The notes under the pieces: generated by a model
Database searches by the model: none
What the model was told of the DNA's origin: nothing
The model's input: the letters and a program-made list of their open reading frames with translations, nothing else
From: a virus
Virus record (IMG/VR): IMGVR_UViG_3300030329_003470
Coordinates: 132,582-196,581 of that record
Strand: one strand, 5' to 3'
DNA: 64,000 bases
Shown: one piece after another, positions 61,425 through 64,000 of the stretch
How positions within the stretch are numbered: position 1 is the stretch's first letter
Layout of the letters: every line of letters starts with the position of its first letter
Program-made: the position numbers and the translations under genes

Positions 61425-63152
61425 TTATGCGTCTATATAGGTTACTTGGAACTTGAATACTGTACTAGCATCTGATATATTTGTTACCAAAACTCTTACG
61501 TTACTACCACTAATATCTGCTGAAAATGTACACAAACCTCCAGTGTAATTTGTTGTTGAACCAAAAGTTGCGATATAGGCATCTGAGCCGTCGTGTGTAA
61601 CATTCGCCTCTACAATTTCATATCTACTGTTTGTAGCATCTACTATTGATATAAAGTATTTGGCACTTCTATAAGTTGAATGGGCAAAAGTATTCATAAC
61701 AGAAGTTGTTGAAGTAGCCACAGTGGTTGTAGCATCTGCAATATCTGAATAACTTAAAGTTGCTCCTGCACTACCCCAAGATAATGTACCAAGTCCATCT
61801 GTTTTTAAAAACTGTCCTGCACTTCCATCTGATGTTGGAAAAGTAAAACCACTAATTGTTACTGAACCTGTACCGTTTCCTGTTAACTCTAAAGGAGAAT
61901 TTGAAGCATTAGTTGAAACTGTATTGTCTGTAATTGTAACTCCGTCAATAGTTACAGATGTCGTTGCTGTTACAGTAGTAAATGTACCAGCCGCCGCCGA
62001 TGCCGCACCAATTACTGTGCCGTCAATGGCACCTCCACCTATATCAACATCATCAATTATAACATTACCTGATCCATTTGCAGAAATTTCTAAATTGGCA
62101 TCTGAAGCATTTGTTGTAATTGTATTGTCTTTAATTCTTACATAGTCAACATCTAGTTGTCCTGTTATTGTTTCTGTTCCTGTTATACCAACGTTTCCAA
62201 CAGTTGTAATTGCCGCTGTTGTTAATCCTGACGTTACTTCAACTGTTCCAGAACCACTTCCTGTTAATTGTAAATTAGAGTTTGATACTGTTGTTTTAAT
62301 AATGTTATCTGTTATATTAATATTGTCATCAATAGTTAAGTTTGAAATAACAACTGTTCCTGTTCCACCAGGCACTAAACGTAAATCAGCATTTGATGAT
62401 GTACCAATAATGTTATCATTGAATGTTAAATTATCTACTGTTGATGTACCAGTTAGTGTTGAAGCACCTGTAACAGTTAAATTTGCTAAAGTAGTATTTC
62501 CTGTAACTTCAAGAGTTGATTCCGCCGTTACAGCACCAGTCAAAGTTACATTGCCTGATACGTTTGCTGTTCCGTCAACAATAAGTCCTTCGTTAATGTT
62601 AATAGCAGTTGAATCATCTGAACTTAATGAAGTTCCTGAAATTTTAATTGCACCAAATACAACTGATCCTGTTCCTGATGGTATTAAGTTTATGTTATCA
62701 TTGGATCTTACACCCTCAATATTGTTGCCATTGAATCTTAATGCTGGTGTTGTAACTGCACCAGTTCCTGACGGTATTAAATTAATATTATCATTTGACC
62801 TAACACCTTCAATATTATTATCATTAATTCTAATGCCGGCTAATAATACACTACCAGTTCCTGATGGCACCAAATTAATGTCGTCATTGGACCTAACACC
62901 TTCAATATTGTTACCACTAAATCTTAATGCATTCGTTCTTACGGAACCTGTGCCTGACGGAGTAAAAACCAAATCATCATTACTTCTTACAGCAGATATA
63001 TCATTGCCTGATATTGAAATAGTATCTGCCGCAATACCTGGTGAATTATAAACCTCAGTGAACATATCGTTCACTTTAATCATTGCGGCTCTTAGTGTAT
63101 CACCTGTACCGTCATTTGCATTTGATCCTACTGCTAGTGTCTGTTTTGCCAT
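61425..63152 (-). CDS. Tail fibre-like protein, paralog of 59417-61366
   Basis: NDGTGDTLR N-terminus; same GTG repeat family; C-terminal HDGS module. Confidence 0.75.
   Translation of the reverse strand: MAKQTLAVGSNANDGTGDTLRAAMIKVNDMFTEVYNSPGIAADTISISGNDISAVRSNDDLVFTPSGTGSVRTNALRFSGNNIEGVRSNDDINLVPSGTGSVLLAGIRINDNNIEGVRSNDNINLIPSGTGAVTTPALRFNGNNIEGVRSNDNINLIPSGTGSVVFGAIKISGTSLSSDDSTAININEGLIVDGTANVSGNVTLTGAVTAESTLEVTGNTTLANLTVTGASTLTGTSTVDNLTFNDNIIGTSSNADLRLVPGGTGTVVISNLTIDDNINITDNIIKTTVSNSNLQLTGSGSGTVEVTSGLTTAAITTVGNVGITGTETITGQLDVDYVRIKDNTITTNASDANLEISANGSGNVIIDDVDIGGGAIDGTVIGAASAAAGTFTTVTATTSVTIDGVTITDNTVSTNASNSPLELTGNGTGSVTISGFTFPTSDGSAGQFLKTDGLGTLSWGSAGATLSYSDIADATTTVATSTTSVMNTFAHSTYRSAKYFISIVDATNSRYEIVEANVTHDGSDAYIATFGSTTNYTGGLCTFSADISGSNVRVLVTNISDASTVFKFQVTYIDA
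62640..63010 (-). repeat. 81-bp (27-aa) tandem repeats NNIEGVRSND.INL.PSGTG.V
   Basis: Three near-complete copies plus degenerate flanks in protein and DNA. Confidence 0.85.
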
Positions 63153-63153
63153 A

Positions 63154-64000
63154 TTAGTTTTTCATAACCTTTCTTACTACGGTTACCGTATGTGTATTAG
63201 TATTACTTATCGTTCCTCTTAAACGAACATTTCCGCTGTCTATATCTGCTGAAAAGTCTACCATATCGCCTGTATGGTTTGTAATTCTTCCAAATACTGA
63301 TATGTATGCTGAACTGCCATCATGAGTAACAGAGACATCACAAGTTTCGTATAAACCTAAAGACCCGCTGGCAGAATCACTTATAGAAACTGTGTATTTT
63401 GCACTTCTATATGTAGTTGCTGACCAACTGTCTAGTGTTGCAATTGAACTTGGGTTACCTGCCGCTCTTCCTAATTGTAGTTTGTATATATTAACAGTGG
63501 TGTCTGTATTTTCTTGATTATTTTGTGCTCTTAATTCTACATTACTGCCGTTTACTGCTGTTGAAAAATTCATTACCATTGATGAAGTTGAATGTGTGCT
63601 TATGTTTGCACCTTCCTGTAAAAGAAAAGCATTTGTACCATCAGAAACTACACTTACTTCTGCAATTTGAGATTCAGAAGCGGCATTTTTTCCAACAATA
63701 ACATAGTTAGCGGCCTGGTGAGTTGCGTGTGCAAAAGTATCTACTACGTCATAAGAATATGCATCACCACGTAGCATATGTATTCTGAATGCATTAACAG
63801 TTGTTGAGCCACCTGAACTAGCAGACGCACTTAAAGTTACAGTTGATGATCCATCATGAGCCGCTGTTAGTGTAAGATGACTTGAATCTTTAGTTGATAC
63901 TTCAGGACCTTGTGCCACATAAGCATTTACCCCATCAGTTAAAACAGTTGCTTCTGATATAGATGCTGATCCCTCACCTGAATTATATCCTACAATGACA
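63154..64000 (-). CDS. Fibre/structural protein with repeated (H/S/T)DG..A(Y/F) modules, start lies beyond window
   Basis: Frame stays open from 63918 to 64000 (VIVGYNSGEGSASISEATVLTDGVNAYV). Confidence 0.75.
   Translation of the reverse strand, partial: VIVGYNSGEGSASISEATVLTDGVNAYVAQGPEVSTKDSSHLTLTAAHDGSSTVTLSASASSGGSTTVNAFRIHMLRGDAYSYDVVDTFAHATHQAANYVIVGKNAASESQIAEVSVVSDGTNAFLLQEGANISTHSTSSMVMNFSTAVNGSNVELRAQNNQENTDTTVNIYKLQLGRAAGNPSSIATLDSWSATTYRSAKYTVSISDSASGSLGLYETCDVSVTHDGSSAYISVFGRITNHTGDMVDFSADIDSGNVRLRGTISNTNTHTVTVVRKVMKN

Noticed and set aside
1207-63051. All plus-strand ORFs in the track (e.g. 38266-38718, 59685-60248, 62302-63051)
   Set aside because: They are antisense shadows of well-supported minus-strand genes, with low-complexity translations and no motifs or plus-strand promoters
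59417-63152. Diversity-generating retroelement template/variable repeats in fibre genes
   Set aside because: Differences between copies are mostly synonymous and not adenine-specific; no reverse transcriptase in the window
1-64000. CRISPR array, tRNA or rRNA genes
   Set aside because: Gaps are under 250 nt and explained by small ORFs or promoters; no repeat-spacer periodicity or T-loop/cloverleaf seen by eye (tRNAscan-SE would confirm)
1-64000. Stop-codon reassignment or selenocysteine (e.g. in fdh)
   Set aside because: Recognised enzymes are full length in the standard code, TAG/TGA/TAA all end genes at expected positions, and this FDH is the metal-independent type

Overview
The window is a 64 kb segment of a large, AT-rich, T4-like dsDNA phage. 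Every credible gene is on the minus strand and uses the standard genetic code. An Rz/Rz1 spanin pair points to a Gram-negative host; an aquatic alphaproteobacterium-like host is only an inference from the accessory genes. Layout: (1) 3.5-18.6 kb is a dispersed 7-deazaguanine cluster (FolE, QueD-like, QueE, YhhQ, PRTase, GMP reductase, TGT/DpdA-fold enzyme) interleaved with a sugar arm (GalE, GT-B glycosyltransferase, cupin) and three paralogous radical SAM genes; no QueC/QueF is visible in the window. (2) 18.6-23.4 kb is the replisome (clamp-like, PolB). (3) 23.5-35.4 kb holds about 11 ORFs sharing an M-[KR]-x-x-E-[FIVL] N-terminus and T4 prohead-protease-like (L/I/F)-x-E junctions, attached to enzymes (Cu/Zn SOD, flavodoxin-like, ATP-grasp, HIGH nucleotidyltransferase-HAD fusion), suggesting capsid-packaged enzyme cargo. 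(4) 36-56 kb carries a lipoprotein S8 protease, ClpA-Def-DnaJ, a lysis cassette, clamp loader, a full-length NAD-dependent formate dehydrogenase, UvsE, GroES and a DnaE fragment that stops before the catalytic aspartates. (5) 56-64 kb encodes baseplate/fibre proteins. About 10 sigma70-type and about 17 TAAATA late-type promoters are visible, many 5-9 nt from the start codon (predicted leaderless mRNAs). Best candidates for undescribed systems: a possibly glycosylated 7-deazaguanine DNA modification, and a tag-based capsid enzyme-cargo system. All assignments come from motif recognition by eye; no database searches were run.
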